A DNA stretch of 42,689 nucleotides from Verrucomicrobiales bacterium (GCA_046075565.1 JBJTQJ010000066.1:1-42689); one strand, 5' to 3'. Shown: positions 8,678 through 18,637, counted from the stretch's first letter. Numbers and translations: made by a program. The notes: generated by a model from the letters alone, not told the origin.

Positions 8678-9214
8678 TCAGCGCATGGAGAACGCCATAA
8701 GAGCGGCGGCGGCGGCGGTGAGGACGACGATGACGCCGGCGATGGCAGCAATGATTTTGTCGGGGTTGGACTCCGTTTTTTTGGGTCCAAAGCCCAGAGG
8801 TTTGATATCGGGGACGGTGCTCGCGGAGGGCTTGATGGCGGCCGGGGGAGGTGCGTGGGCTCCACCCTCGCGTGGAGCCTCAGGCTCGGAAGCGGGCTCG
8901 GCGGTGCTAGATGGGGCGGCGGGCCTTGGCGCACCCTGGTAATGGGCGCGCAGGTTGCCGAAACGGAGGAGGTCGCCGTCGGAGAGGTGGGCTTCCTGGA
9001 CACGCTCGCCATTGAGGCGCACGCCGTTGGTGGAGCCGAGATCCTTGAGGACATGATGGTCCCCGTCCCGGTGAATCTCCGCATGGAAGGTGGAAACCGA
9101 GCTGTCGTCCAGGGCGATCTCGTTTTCGGGGGCTCGGCCGATGCGCAGGGTTTCTTCACCCAGCGGGACTTCCGTCTCGCTGCCGTCGGAGTGCGTGATG
9201 AACAAGGAGGACAT
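8678..9214 (-). CDS. FHA domain protein with Pro/Ala linker and C-terminal TM helix
   Basis: IGRAPENEIAL, VSTFHAEI, DLGSTNGVRLNG and LSDGDLLRFG motifs; hydrophobic C-terminus. Confidence 0.88.
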   Translation of the reverse strand: MSSLFITHSDGSETEVPLGEETLRIGRAPENEIALDDSSVSTFHAEIHRDGDHHVLKDLGSTNGVRLNGERVQEAHLSDGDLLRFGNLRAHYQGAPRPAAPSSTAEPASEPEAPREGGAHAPPPAAIKPSASTVPDIKPLGFGPKKTESNPDKIIAAIAGVIVVLTAAAAALMAFSMR

Positions 9215-9259
9215 GGAAAATGGGGCCGGCGCATCCGGCACTCCCTCCATAAAACGCTT

Positions 9260-10429
9260 TTAGCGCGAAGAATCAATCAAATTGGCAAATTCTTCGAAGA
9301 AATAACGGGCGTCATTGGGTCCGGGGGCGGCTTCCGGGTGGTATTGCACGGAGAAAACCGGGTAGTCGCGGTGCCTCAGGCCCTCGACGGTGTCGTCATT
9401 CAGGTTGATGTGGGTCACTTCGACATTCGCGGGCAGGGCGTCGGCATCGACGGCAAATCCGTGATTCTGCGAGGTGATAGCGACGCGCCCGTCGCGGAGG
9501 TCTTTGACCGGCTGGTTGCCACCGCGGTGGCCGAACTTGAGCTTGAAGGTCTTGCCGCCGACGGCGTGCCCCAGGATTTGGTGGCCGAGGCAGATGGCGA
9601 AGATCGGCTTGCGGGGAATGAGCGTGCGGACTTCGCGGTGGATGTAGTCGAGAGCGGCCGGGTCGCCGGGGCCATTGGAAAGGAAGACGCCGTCCGGATT
9701 CAGAGCCAGCACTTCCTCGGCCGTGGTCCGGGCATTGACGACGGTGACCTTGAAGCCGGATTGGCGAAGGCGGCGCAGGATGTTGTATTTCACCCCGAAG
9801 TCGTAAGCGACCACATGGTGGCGGGCGGGCGCGAGCGGGGCGTAGACATCCACGCCCTCGTGGGTGAGCGGGACGCTCTGCGAGGGATTCGGGATGGTCC
9901 AGTCGCGCGAGAGGCGGTCGTTTTCATCCCAGACGTAACTTTCCGGCGTGGTCACTTCTTTGACGTAGTCCATGCCGACCATTCCCGGTGAAGCAACAGC
10001 GCGAGCGACGGCTTGTTCCGGAGAAATGTCCTCGCTGGTGAGGATGGCGCGCATGGCTCCGGCAACGCGGAGGCGTTTGGTGAGGGCGCGGGTGTCGATG
10101 CCCTCGATACCGGGGATGCCGTGGCCTTTGAGGTAGTCGTCGAGCGACTCGACCGAGCGGTAGTTCGAAGGCTCGCGGCAGAGTTCCTCGATCACGAAGC
10201 CGCGCACGTGCGGACCGGAACTTTCGTTGTCGAGGGGATTGATGCCGTAGTTCCCAATGAGCGGATAGGTCATCGTGACGAGCTGTCCGCGATATGATGG
10301 ATCAGTAAGGACCTCCTGATATCCGGTCATGGAGGTGTTAAAACAAATTTCACCGGTCGTGGTGACGGGAGCGCCGAACGCTTTCCCCTCGAACCACGTC
10401 CCATCTTCGAGTGCTAGCAGGGCGCGCAT
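9260..10429 (-). CDS. carA: Carbamoyl-phosphate synthase small subunit
   Basis: [32 protein letters not shown] and QYHPEA motifs. Start set at [10 protein letters not shown]. Confidence 0.97.
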   Translation of the reverse strand: MRALLALEDGTWFEGKAFGAPVTTTGEICFNTSMTGYQEVLTDPSYRGQLVTMTYPLIGNYGINPLDNESSGPHVRGFVIEELCREPSNYRSVESLDDYLKGHGIPGIEGIDTRALTKRLRVAGAMRAILTSEDISPEQAVARAVASPGMVGMDYVKEVTTPESYVWDENDRLSRDWTIPNPSQSVPLTHEGVDVYAPLAPARHHVVAYDFGVKYNILRRLRQSGFKVTVVNARTTAEEVLALNPDGVFLSNGPGDPAALDYIHREVRTLIPRKPIFAICLGHQILGHAVGGKTFKLKFGHRGGNQPVKDLRDGRVAITSQNHGFAVDADALPANVEVTHINLNDDTVEGLRHRDYPVFSVQYHPEAAPGPNDARYFFEEFANLIDSSR

Positions 10430-10600
10430 TTCAAGCGCATAAAGTGCCCGGATCCGGCCTCCTGTAAACCGGAAATCCGGCATCAGAGGCGATTTCTGGG
10501 TTTGGGGGCCTGGAGTCATCGAAATGACCCTAGATGATGCACCCGCGCGGGATAATCGTCATACGAGTTGCCTCGCCATGCCAAAGTCCTAGGCTGAAGT

Positions 10601-10688
10601 TTGGATTGCGGTGGCACGCGGAGCACGACACCGCTTTGGCGGAGGCCGCTCTACCCCCGAGAGCGCCGTCGTTGCCGGTGCACTCCAA
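10601..10688. repeat. Degenerate REPIN-like inverted doublet (TTGGA[G/T]TGC...ACGAC...CGCT type)
   Basis: Left arm ttggattgcggtggca...acgacaccgcttt (10601-10637). Right arm reverse complement ttggagtgcaccggcaacgacggcgctct (10688-10660). Confidence 0.55.
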
Positions 10689-10754
10689 CACTCTGACGAC
10701 ACTGCGCCTTTTTATGGCAAAGACGCGCGGGCTTGGTGTCGCTGTAGAGCCTCC

Positions 10755-11876
10755 TCACCAACCCGTGCCGACGCCCTCTTTTTCCGCGAGAGCGAGCAAT
10801 TCCGGCCGCATCGGCCATTCGTCGGGGCGGAGGCTTTCGCTGTGCCGCTGGCTCGCTCCCTTCAGCATCATACATCCGGTATTGTCTCCAATCGCGGCCA
10901 CCTCGGCGATTTCGTCGGGAGAGAGTTTCAGGTTGGCGGGCACGGCGGCCAGTTCGTGGAGTTTGTCGGCGAGAGGTCGGGCATTTTCCCCGGCCTCTTG
11001 GATGACCGTCGGGACGACGGAATGCACGGGCTCTTGGGAAAGGCACCAGACGGCGGAGAGTTGCAGCATGGTCAGGCCGTGTTTCTCGGCGAGCGGGCGC
11101 ATTTTTTCCAGCTTCTCACAGCCGTGTTCGACCCAACCCTGCGGGCGATAGGTGCGGTGGTCGCCGGGTTTAAAATTGTGCCCGGGCTTCACGTCGTCCC
11201 AGAAGATGCCGCCGTGGTCCACGACACGGGTGAGAATTTCCACCCCGTGGCGGCGGGCCGAAGGCAGCACAAAATGCCCGGGCCATGGCTCATGCGGACT
11301 GAGGATAATCATGGCCCAGTCGATGGCCTCGGCGTAGCGCTCGAAACAATGGATGATGTCGAGGGTGAAGCCGTTGGCCGGGCCGGGGGCAATGCCAAGG
11401 CGGTCGGTCAAACCAGTATCGCGGGTTTCCCGGAGGGCTTCCCAGACTTCCTCGCGGGTGTAACCAGTTTCGTCCGGGTTGTGCAGCATGAGCAGATCGA
11501 ATCGATCGGTGCGGCAACGTTCCAGAGACTTCTCCACCGCCATGCGGACATAATCGCGGTAGTCACGGGGTGAGCGCAAATCCGGAGCGGTGAAGCGGGG
11601 GTAACCGGCATTCCCTTGGCGGGTGCCGTCGTAGAAGTCGTGGCCGATGATACCGGCGAGGGCATAGGACGAACGATCAACGCCCGCGAGGGCTTCGCCC
11701 AAGGCCTCGTCGGCGCGTCCGAGACCATACACATCGGCCGTGACAAAGGTGCGAATGCCCGCATCATAGGCGGCACGGATCGACGCGCGGAAGGCGGCGT
11801 CATCGAGGGCTTCCCCGAAGTGCATGTACTTCCCGGCGGACCAGGTCCCGTAGGCGGTATGGCTCAGATTCGGCAT
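10755..11876 (-). CDS. Aldo/keto reductase family protein
   Basis: AYGTWSAG, TADVYGLG, VEKSLERCRTDRFDLLMLHNPD and SVVPT motifs. Confidence 0.85.
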   Translation of the reverse strand: MPNLSHTAYGTWSAGKYMHFGEALDDAAFRASIRAAYDAGIRTFVTADVYGLGRADEALGEALAGVDRSSYALAGIIGHDFYDGTRQGNAGYPRFTAPDLRSPRDYRDYVRMAVEKSLERCRTDRFDLLMLHNPDETGYTREEVWEALRETRDTGLTDRLGIAPGPANGFTLDIIHCFERYAEAIDWAMIILSPHEPWPGHFVLPSARRHGVEILTRVVDHGGIFWDDVKPGHNFKPGDHRTYRPQGWVEHGCEKLEKMRPLAEKHGLTMLQLSAVWCLSQEPVHSVVPTVIQEAGENARPLADKLHELAAVPANLKLSPDEIAEVAAIGDNTGCMMLKGASQRHSESLRPDEWPMRPELLALAEKEGVGTGW

Positions 11877-11883
11877 AGGCCGG

Positions 11884-11912
11884 ACCATGCCGCCGTCGCC
11901 GTGTTGGGTCAA
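11884..11912 (-). promoter_or_regulatory. Putative sigma70 promoter of the AKR gene (leaderless)
   Basis: TTGACC-N17-CATGGT followed by 7 nt and then the ATG at 11876. Confidence 0.45.
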
Positions 11913-11945
11913 GGGGCAGGGCGGCGAGGACAGGAGCCTACGCGC

Positions 11946-11974
11946 TTTCCAATCTGCCCCGAAGCCCGTATAAT
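11946..11974 (+). promoter_or_regulatory. Putative sigma70 promoter with no downstream sense CDS
   Basis: TTTCCA-N17-TATAAT, with a perfect -10 box at 11969-11974. Confidence 0.4.
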
Positions 11975-12013
11975 GGGATAAGTGCGAGAGCCATCCAATG
12001 GTGTCAGTTTTCC

Positions 12014-12145
12014 GGGCAAGACCGGGACGGTCTTGCTACAATTCCGGCAGATGCTCACGGGCCAATTCCCTTTGGCTATCCACTTCACTCGTAGCAAGAG
12101 CGTTGAAGCCTTCGAAGCCTTGGCGACGAAGGCTCGCTCTTGCCC
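12014..12145. repeat. Pair of inverted GTAG-tagged REP-like palindromes
   Basis: Minus-strand GTAGCAAGACCGTCCCGGTCTTGCCC (12039-12014) and plus-strand GTAGCAAGAGCG...CGCTCTTGCCC (12091-12145). The second has an extra sequence in its loop. Confidence 0.7.
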
Positions 12146-12146
12146 A

Positions 12147-12170
12147 AAAGGGGCGCCTCCTTTCGGAGGC
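12147..12170 (-). terminator. Possible intrinsic terminator downstream of map
   Basis: GCCTCC-GAAA-GGAGGC hairpin followed by GCCCCTTTT on the minus strand. The U-tract is short and offset. Confidence 0.3.
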
Positions 12171-12262
12171 AAGATATTCTTGCTGGACGCGGAAAACGCA
12201 AACAGCATCGGGGCAAAATCCCCATCAAGTCAATCGTTGCAGTTCATCAGCCCGCCTCGCCA

Positions 12263-13051
12263 TTACACCCGCGGGGGCGGGGTTGGGATGAGGCGCGGGC
12301 GCGGAGTGAGGACCTCGGCTTGGCCCTTGGCGACGAGCACGGTGTGTTCGAAATGGGCGGATGGCTTGCCATCGCGGGTCACAACCGTCCAGTTGTCGTC
12401 GAGGATTTTCACGGCAGCCATGCCGGCATTGACCATCGGTTCGATGGCGAGAATCATCCCCTCCTTCAAACGCGGGCGGGCGCCCTTGCGTCCGAAGTTC
12501 GGCACCTGTGGTTCCTCGTGGAGACGGCGTCCGACCCCGTGGCCGACAAATTCGCGCACGACGCGGAATCCCTTGGAGGTGACGAACGATTCAATGGCAT
12601 GGCTCAGGTCACCCAGCATGGTGCCATCGGTGGCGTATTGCAGGGCGATGGCGAGTGATTCTTCGGTCGCCCATAACAAATGATGGACTTCATCACTCAT
12701 TGCTCCGACGGGCACGGTCATCGCATTGTCGCCAATCCATCCATCCTTCAAGATGCCGACATCGATCTTCACGATGTCTCCCGGTTGGATGACGCGATCC
12801 GCACCGATGCCGTGCACGACTTCGTCGTTCATGGAGATGCAGATACTGCCGGGAAAGCCCCGATAGCCGAGAAAGGCACTGCGCACGCCCTCTTCCTTCA
12901 TCAGTTTTGCCGCGTATTCATCGATCGAGCGGGTGGTCACACCCGGCTGGATGCGCGCGGCGGTTGCCTGCAGAATGGCGGCGGCGGTTTTCCCGGCGGC
13001 GCGCATGCCGTCGAGTTGTTTGCCTTTCCGAATGGGGATAGCGTCGCTCAT
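12263..13051 (-). CDS. map: Methionine aminopeptidase type I
   Basis: CISMNDEVVHGI, KIDVG, GDNA, GHGVG, AIEPM and SAHFEHT motifs; lies after adk. Confidence 0.96.
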   Translation of the reverse strand: MSDAIPIRKGKQLDGMRAAGKTAAAILQATAARIQPGVTTRSIDEYAAKLMKEEGVRSAFLGYRGFPGSICISMNDEVVHGIGADRVIQPGDIVKIDVGILKDGWIGDNAMTVPVGAMSDEVHHLLWATEESLAIALQYATDGTMLGDLSHAIESFVTSKGFRVVREFVGHGVGRRLHEEPQVPNFGRKGARPRLKEGMILAIEPMVNAGMAAVKILDDNWTVVTRDGKPSAHFEHTVLVAKGQAEVLTPRPRLIPTPPPRV

Positions 13052-13707
13052 GATAGGGAAGGGAAAAGATCCGTGATTTGGCGGGCCATGTCGGACGATG
13101 GCAGCAACGCATGGAATTCCCGGACGATACCGCGCGGAGCGTAGTAGTCCAGAAGAGGGAGGGTCAATTTTTTGTATTCGGCGAATCGTTCGGCAAAGAC
13201 ATCGGGATGATCGTCCTTGCGGCGTCCCACCATGGCGCCACAAAGCGGGCAGGCCCCGCCTTCGACGGGCGCGCCGAGATCACCATTGCGGAAAGTTCCT
13301 CCACAAGCGGTGCAGGTCAGACGATGCATGATTCGTTCGGCCAGTTCCTCTTCCGTCGCCACGAGGGCAATGACGGCGTCGATCTTCCAGCCTCGTTCAC
13401 GGCAAAGCTCGTCGAACAATTCGGCTTGCCGGACCGTGCGGGGAAACCCATCGAGCACGAGTCCGCCGTCCACGGACTCGAGTTCGGAGCGCACCAACTC
13501 GAGGATGAAATCATCGGGCAGAAGATACGCGCTGCCGAGTAAGTCCTGGCAGCGTTTGCCGAAAGGGGTATTACGCTCGACATGCGAGCGAATGGCCGCC
13601 CCGGTCGAAAAGGCCCGCCAGCCGAAGCGTTCGTGCAACATCCGTGCTTGTGTCCCCTTGCCACTGGCGGGAGGACCGAAAAGAATCACGAGAGGCGCTG
13701 CGGCCAT
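13048..13707 (-). CDS. adk: Adenylate kinase (Zn-binding LID, two CxxC motifs)
   Basis: GPPASGKGTQA, LDGFPRT, CTAC/CPLC and RKDD motifs; follows secY. Confidence 0.93.
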   Translation of the reverse strand: MAAAPLVILFGPPASGKGTQARMLHERFGWRAFSTGAAIRSHVERNTPFGKRCQDLLGSAYLLPDDFILELVRSELESVDGGLVLDGFPRTVRQAELFDELCRERGWKIDAVIALVATEEELAERIMHRLTCTACGGTFRNGDLGAPVEGGACPLCGAMVGRRKDDHPDVFAERFAEYKKLTLPLLDYYAPRGIVREFHALLPSSDMARQITDLFPSLS

Positions 13708-13719
13708 GGCGGCACGGGA

Positions 13720-15237
13720 TTATCGGGTCAGCATCGCAGCGGCACCGAGCAGCACCAGGATAGCCGCGAGAATGGCCAGCCACATGGTGGTCTTGGAGCT
13801 GGCCGCGTTTCCGGTGCCGAGTCCTTTGGTCTTGTCGAAACGGCCACGGATTTTGCCGCGGCGGAGGAATCCGTCGTAGTGGCGTTGCAACAAATGGGTT
13901 TCCATTTGGCGCATGATGTCGAGCAACACGCCGACAAGAATCAAAATGCTGGTGCCACCGAAGAACTGAGCCGCCACCGGAGGAACCTCGGCCTTGAGCG
14001 AGATCAGGGTGGGCAGCACCGCGATGATGGTGAGGAAGATCGAACCGGCGAAGGTCAACCGGCTCATCGAGAAATCGAGGAAGTCCGCGGTCGGTTTGCC
14101 GGGGCGCACGCCGGGGATGTATCCGCCGTTTTTCTTCAGTTCTTCGGCGATCTGACCGGGCTGGAACATGGTCGCCACCCAGAAGTAGCTGAAGAAGAAA
14201 ATCATCAGGCCGAGGATGATGTAATGGGTCACCGCATTCGGGCTGCTGATATGGTAAAGAAGGGTCTGCAGCCAGTTCACGCTCGCGAACATGGGGCTGA
14301 GGAACATCGGGAAGGTCAGGATGGCCTGGGCGAAAATGATCGGCATCACGCCCGCGTAGTTGACCTTCAGCGGCATGTATTGTTTCTGGCCACCGAGCAT
14401 TTTGCGCCCGACCATACGTTTCGCGTAGGCGATGGGAACGCGGCGCTGGGCCTGCGTGATGGCAATGACACCGGCGATGACCACAATCATGAACACCAGC
14501 AACATCACCATGATGGCCGGGCTGAGCGGGTTGACATCGGTGGCACCGGTCAACGCGGGCTTCACGTATTTGTTCCAGATCTGGATGATCGCGGCCGGGA
14601 AGTTGTGGATGATGTTGACGGCGATGATCAGGGAAACGCCGTTGCCGATCCCGCGTTCGGTGATTTGTTCGCCCATCCACATCAGGAGCATGGTGCCCGC
14701 GACGATGGTGGTGGTCGCGCTCAGGTAATAGACCCAATCCGGATTCGGAACGAGAGGACCGTATTTGGTAACATCAAAGCCACCGAGGAACGGGTTCGTG
14801 CTGGGATCGACCAGGGATTTGACGAGGAAAAAGCCTTGCAGGATGGCCAAACCGATGGTGACCAGCCGGGTGTATTGGTTGATCTTGCTGCGACCCCCTT
14901 CTTGGCGGGCGAGGCGCCCGAGCTGGGGCACGACGGCCGTGAGAAGTTGCATCATGATCGACGCCGAAATGTAGGGCATGACGCCGAGGGCGAAGATCGC
15001 GCAGTTGCTCAGCGCGCCACCGGAGAAAACGTTGAGAAGGGCGGCAACGGCGGCACCCCCGCGGGTGGCATCGTCTTCAAGGAGCCGGGCTTCGATGAAT
15101 TTGTCGAGGGCGAACGAATCCACCCCCGGAAGGGTGATGGCCGTGCCGAAGCGGATGACCACGATCATCAACAAGGTGAAGATGATGCGGTTCCGGAGTT
15201 CCGGGATGTGGAAGATGTTGCGGAAGGCGGAAATCAT
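13720..15237 (-). CDS. secY: Preprotein translocase subunit SecY
   Basis: IFALGVMPYISASI, GIGNGVSL, GVMPIIFA, IPGVRPG and GGTSILILVGV motifs. Start set at MISAFRNIF. Confidence 0.98.
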   Translation of the reverse strand: MISAFRNIFHIPELRNRIIFTLLMIVVIRFGTAITLPGVDSFALDKFIEARLLEDDATRGGAAVAALLNVFSGGALSNCAIFALGVMPYISASIMMQLLTAVVPQLGRLARQEGGRSKINQYTRLVTIGLAILQGFFLVKSLVDPSTNPFLGGFDVTKYGPLVPNPDWVYYLSATTTIVAGTMLLMWMGEQITERGIGNGVSLIIAVNIIHNFPAAIIQIWNKYVKPALTGATDVNPLSPAIMVMLLVFMIVVIAGVIAITQAQRRVPIAYAKRMVGRKMLGGQKQYMPLKVNYAGVMPIIFAQAILTFPMFLSPMFASVNWLQTLLYHISSPNAVTHYIILGLMIFFFSYFWVATMFQPGQIAEELKKNGGYIPGVRPGKPTADFLDFSMSRLTFAGSIFLTIIAVLPTLISLKAEVPPVAAQFFGGTSILILVGVLLDIMRQMETHLLQRHYDGFLRRGKIRGRFDKTKGLGTGNAASSKTTMWLAILAAILVLLGAAAMLTR

Positions 15238-15355
15238 GATGAGAAAAGGAAAAAGGGGGCGAATCTCCGGGTGTCCGGTGATTGCCCCCGTTACTGAACC
15301 GCTACCCTTGCCGTGGGCAAGGGAAAGATCCGTGATTTGTTGGCGGGCTGCGTCT

Positions 15356-15811
15356 TCACGCTGCCGTGATACCGGCAATGCTGCCGCCGGCCTGCTCGAT
15401 CTTGACGCGGGCACCGGCGCTCACTTCGTCCACGTCGATGACGAGGGCTTTATCGAGCTTGCCGTTGCCGAGCACCTTGACGACTTCAAAGCGACCGTCC
15501 ACCAGACCTTTTTCAAGGAGGGCTTCGGTGGTCACTTTGTCACCGGCGTTGAAGGCATCGTTCAGGTCACCGACATTGACGGCGGCAACCTTGCGGGCGA
15601 AGGCGGCATTGCTGAATCCCTTCTTGGGAAGGCGACGGTGAAGGGGCATCTGACCGCCTTCGAAACCGGGGCGGATGGAACCGCCGGAACGTGCGTTCTG
15701 ACCTTTGTTACCCTTGCAGGAAGTCTTGCCGTGGCCGGAGCTTTCGCCGCAGCCAAGGCGCTTCTTGCGGTGTTTGGCCCCGGGATTGGGCTGGAGAGTA
15801 TGCATGCGCAT
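15356..15811 (-). CDS. rplO: 50S ribosomal protein L15
   Basis: GHGKTSCKGNKGQNARSG and GFEGGQMPLHRRLPK motifs. Confidence 0.98.
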   Translation of the reverse strand: MRMHTLQPNPGAKHRKKRLGCGESSGHGKTSCKGNKGQNARSGGSIRPGFEGGQMPLHRRLPKKGFSNAAFARKVAAVNVGDLNDAFNAGDKVTTEALLEKGLVDGRFEVVKVLGNGKLDKALVIDVDEVSAGARVKIEQAGGSIAGITAA

Positions 15812-15878
15812 GATGGTAGTTCCTTTGGTTGGGGAAGGTGGCCGCGCCGGTTTTCACTGGCGGCGGCCGGGAAGTGGT

Positions 15879-16541
15879 TTACTCGGATTTGGCAGGGCGT
15901 TTGCCCCGGCGGCGGAGAATGTCGTCGCGGGTGCGAAGTTGGGCGAGGGCGTCCACGGTCGCTTTCACCACGTTGGCGTGGTTGCTCGAACCCATGGATT
16001 TGGCGAGCACGTCCTTGACGCCGACGGCTTCTAGCACGGCGCGCACGGCGCCACCGGCGATGATGCCGGTTCCTTCGGAGGCCGGGCGGAGAAGCACACG
16101 GCCACCGCCGAATTCACCCCACACATCGTGCGGAATGGTCACGCCGTTGAGCGGGAAAGCTTCGAGAGCGCGGCGGGCCGCGTCGGTGGCCTTGCGGATG
16201 GCATCGGCGACTTCATTCGCCTTGCCGAAACCGAAGCCGACTTTGCCGCCGCGATCACCAGCGACCACGAGAGCGGAGAAGCTGAAACGACGGCCACCTT
16301 TCACGACTTTGGCGCAACGATTGACGTGCACGACTTTTTCCAGAAGGTCGGGACCGGACTTCTCTTCGGAAGAAGGACCACCAGGTCCACGGCGGGGGCC
16401 ACCTTGGCCACGTCCAGGTCCACGGCCGGGGCCACGGCGCTCGCCGCGGCGCTCACCGCGTTCGGCGGGTGGGGCTTCGGAAGTGGTAACGACGGCTTCG
16501 ACTTCGGGATTCGTCTCGGCGGGTTGATCTTGATTGCTCAT
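15879..16541 (-). CDS. rpsE: 30S ribosomal protein S5 (N-terminal Gly/Arg-rich extension)
   Basis: [18 protein letters not shown] and [12 protein letters not shown] motifs. Confidence 0.98.
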   Translation of the reverse strand: MSNQDQPAETNPEVEAVVTTSEAPPAERGERRGERRGPGRGPGRGQGGPRRGPGGPSSEEKSGPDLLEKVVHVNRCAKVVKGGRRFSFSALVVAGDRGGKVGFGFGKANEVADAIRKATDAARRALEAFPLNGVTIPHDVWGEFGGGRVLLRPASEGTGIIAGGAVRAVLEAVGVKDVLAKSMGSSNHANVVKATVDALAQLRTRDDILRRRGKRPAKSE

Positions 16542-16559
16542 GGGAAGTGTCGCTGGTGG

Positions 16560-16919
16560 TTAGAACTGAAGTCCGGCTTGGCGGGCGGCGTCGGCCAGGG
16601 CCTTCACTTTTCCGTGGTAGAGGAAACCACCGCGATCGAAGACGACGTTGGTGATATTGGCTTTGATAGCGCGTTCGGCGACCAGCGTTCCGATGGAAGT
16701 GGCGGTCGTGGTGTTGGCGGCGTTGCCGGCTTCGACGGCCTTCTCGACCGTGGAGGCCGAAACAAGGGTGCGACCGGTTTCGTCGTCGATCACCTGGGCA
16801 TAAACATGCTGGTTCGAGAAGTGCACCGCCAGACGGGGACGGGCGGGAGTGCCGCTCACCTTTTTGCGGATGCGGAAGTGAACGCGGCGACGGGATGCTT
16901 TGCGATTGATTGTGCTCAT
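16560..16919 (-). CDS. rplR: 50S ribosomal protein L18
   Basis: [16 protein letters not shown] and [13 protein letters not shown] motifs. Confidence 0.98.
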   Translation of the reverse strand: MSTINRKASRRRVHFRIRKKVSGTPARPRLAVHFSNQHVYAQVIDDETGRTLVSASTVEKAVEAGNAANTTTATSIGTLVAERAIKANITNVVFDRGGFLYHGKVKALADAARQAGLQF

Positions 16920-16948
16920 GGCTTTGCGTGTTCCTTTCGACCGGATCG

Positions 16949-17488
16949 TTATTTGGCGGTTTTCCCTTGTTTGCGGCGGACATGTTCGCCGACGTAGCGG
17001 ACACCTTTGCCTTTGTATGGCTCGGGCGGGTAATAAGCGCGCACATCGGCGGCAAATTGGCCGACGAGGTGTTTGTCGATTCCTTCAACGCGGATCTTCG
17101 TGTTGTCCGTCACGGTGACTTTCAAACCGGACGGAATCGGGTGAAGCAGCGGGTGGGAGTAGCCGAGGCTCAAGTCGAGGGCGCTGCCTTTGACAGCGGC
17201 ACGGAAACCGACGCCGATGATTTCAAGGTCCTTGACGAAACCCTGGGAAACCCCGGTCACCATGTTGTTCACCAGCGCGCGGGCGGTGCCGTGCAGCGCC
17301 TTGGAACGACGGTCGTCATTCGGACGCGTGAGGGTGACGGTGTTGGCCTCCTGGGAGATGGTGATTCCCGTGGGAAGGGTGTAGCTCAGTTTGCCCTTGG
17401 CTCCTTCGACAGTCACGAGACCGCTATCGGCCACCGTGACTTTCACTTGGGCGGGGAGAGTAATGTTTTTGTTGCCGACGCGCGACAT
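16949..17488 (-). CDS. rplF: 50S ribosomal protein L6
   Basis: MSRVG, LGYSHP and [11 protein letters not shown] motifs. Confidence 0.98.
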   Translation of the reverse strand: MSRVGNKNITLPAQVKVTVADSGLVTVEGAKGKLSYTLPTGITISQEANTVTLTRPNDDRRSKALHGTARALVNNMVTGVSQGFVKDLEIIGVGFRAAVKGSALDLSLGYSHPLLHPIPSGLKVTVTDNTKIRVEGIDKHLVGQFAADVRAYYPPEPYKGKGVRYVGEHVRRKQGKTAK

Positions 17489-17524
17489 AATGTTGGTGTC
17501 CTTTCGGTGGGTGGGTCGGGATGA

Positions 17525-17923
17525 TTACCAGACGAGGGCGAGCAATTCGCCGCCGACGTTCTCCTTCTTGGCGCGGGCTCCGGTCATCACGCCTTTGGAG
17601 GTGGAAAGGATGGTGATACCCAGTCCGGAGCGGACGCGGGGAATCTCCGCCACCGGCACGTAGGTGCGGCGGCCCGGGGTGCTGACCCGTTTCAGGTCGG
17701 TGAGGACGGGGCTGCCGTCCACGAATTTGGTCTTCACGCGGAGGACGGGGAACTTGCCCCCTTTGTCCACTTCGTAATTCCAGATGTAGCCTTCCTCTTT
17801 GAGGATGCGGGCGATGTCTTCCTTGATGCGCGAGTAGGGAGCATTGCATTGCTCTTGGCCGGCGCGGCTGGCGTTTTTCACGCGGGTGAGGAAGTCGGAA
17901 ATTGGGTCGCTGATGGTGCTCAT
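17525..17923 (-). CDS. rpsH: 30S ribosomal protein S8
   Basis: DPISDFLTRVKNA, RVSTPGRR, STSKGVMT and VGGELL motifs. Confidence 0.98.
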   Translation of the reverse strand: MSTISDPISDFLTRVKNASRAGQEQCNAPYSRIKEDIARILKEEGYIWNYEVDKGGKFPVLRVKTKFVDGSPVLTDLKRVSTPGRRTYVPVAEIPRVRSGLGITILSTSKGVMTGARAKKENVGGELLALVW

Positions 17924-17970
17924 GGGATTGTCCGTTCGATGATTGCGTCTTTGGGTTTCCGTGAGGCCGA

Positions 17971-18534
17971 TCAGGCGGTAGCGGCTTTGGCAGGTTTACG
18001 GAACGGCATGCCCATTTCGACAAGCAGTTCACGGGCTTCACCGTCGTTGGTGGCGCTGGTCACGATGATCACATCGAAGCCGATGTTGCGCTTCACCTTG
18101 TCGATTTCGATTTCCGGGAAGATCGTCTGGTCAGTTACGCCCAGGCAGTAGTTGCCGCGTCCGTCGAAGGCGCGGGGATTGACGCCGCGGAAGTCACGAA
18201 TACGGGGAATGGCGGTCTTGATGAGACGCTCCAGGAACTCATACATGCGCGGGCCGCGGAGGGTCACGCGGGCTCCGATGTTTTCACCGGCGCGGAGCTT
18301 GAAATTCGAAATCGCCTTCTTCGATTTGGTCGCCACGGCTTTCTGGCCGGTGATGCGGCCGATTTCCTCGACGGCATCTTCGACCGCCTGTTTGCGGTCG
18401 CTCTCTTTGCCAACGCAGGTGTTGACGACGACTTTCTCGATCTTCGGGATCTGGTGGACATTCGCGTAGCCGAACTTCTTCTGAAGTGCGGGCATGACGC
18501 GTTGTTTGTATTCGGTGAGCAGTGCTGGTGTCAT
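17971..18534 (-). CDS. rplE: 50S ribosomal protein L5
   Basis: IPKIEKVVVN, PRIRDFRG and FDGRGNY motifs; GAGGAGG RBS upstream. Confidence 0.98.
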   Translation of the reverse strand: MTPALLTEYKQRVMPALQKKFGYANVHQIPKIEKVVVNTCVGKESDRKQAVEDAVEEIGRITGQKAVATKSKKAISNFKLRAGENIGARVTLRGPRMYEFLERLIKTAIPRIRDFRGVNPRAFDGRGNYCLGVTDQTIFPEIEIDKVKRNIGFDVIIVTSATNDGEARELLVEMGMPFRKPAKAATA

Positions 18535-18637
18535 GATTGCCTCCTCGTGGTTCCCGGCGAATCCGGGCCTTCGGGTTTGCTTGTGGGTATTTTTCTCTTA
18601 TCGGGTTGCCCGGCCGGGGGCGCGGGCGGGAAATATA

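Noticed and set aside
8625..8942. C-terminal extension of ORF 7533-8942 as a real domain
   Set aside because: It is antisense to the FHA gene and is best explained by a lost stop codon.
11981..12180. 6S RNA or another known ncRNA family
   Set aside because: The pairing is explained by local REP-like hairpins rather than a long closing rod with a central bubble. It cannot be assigned without a covariance search.
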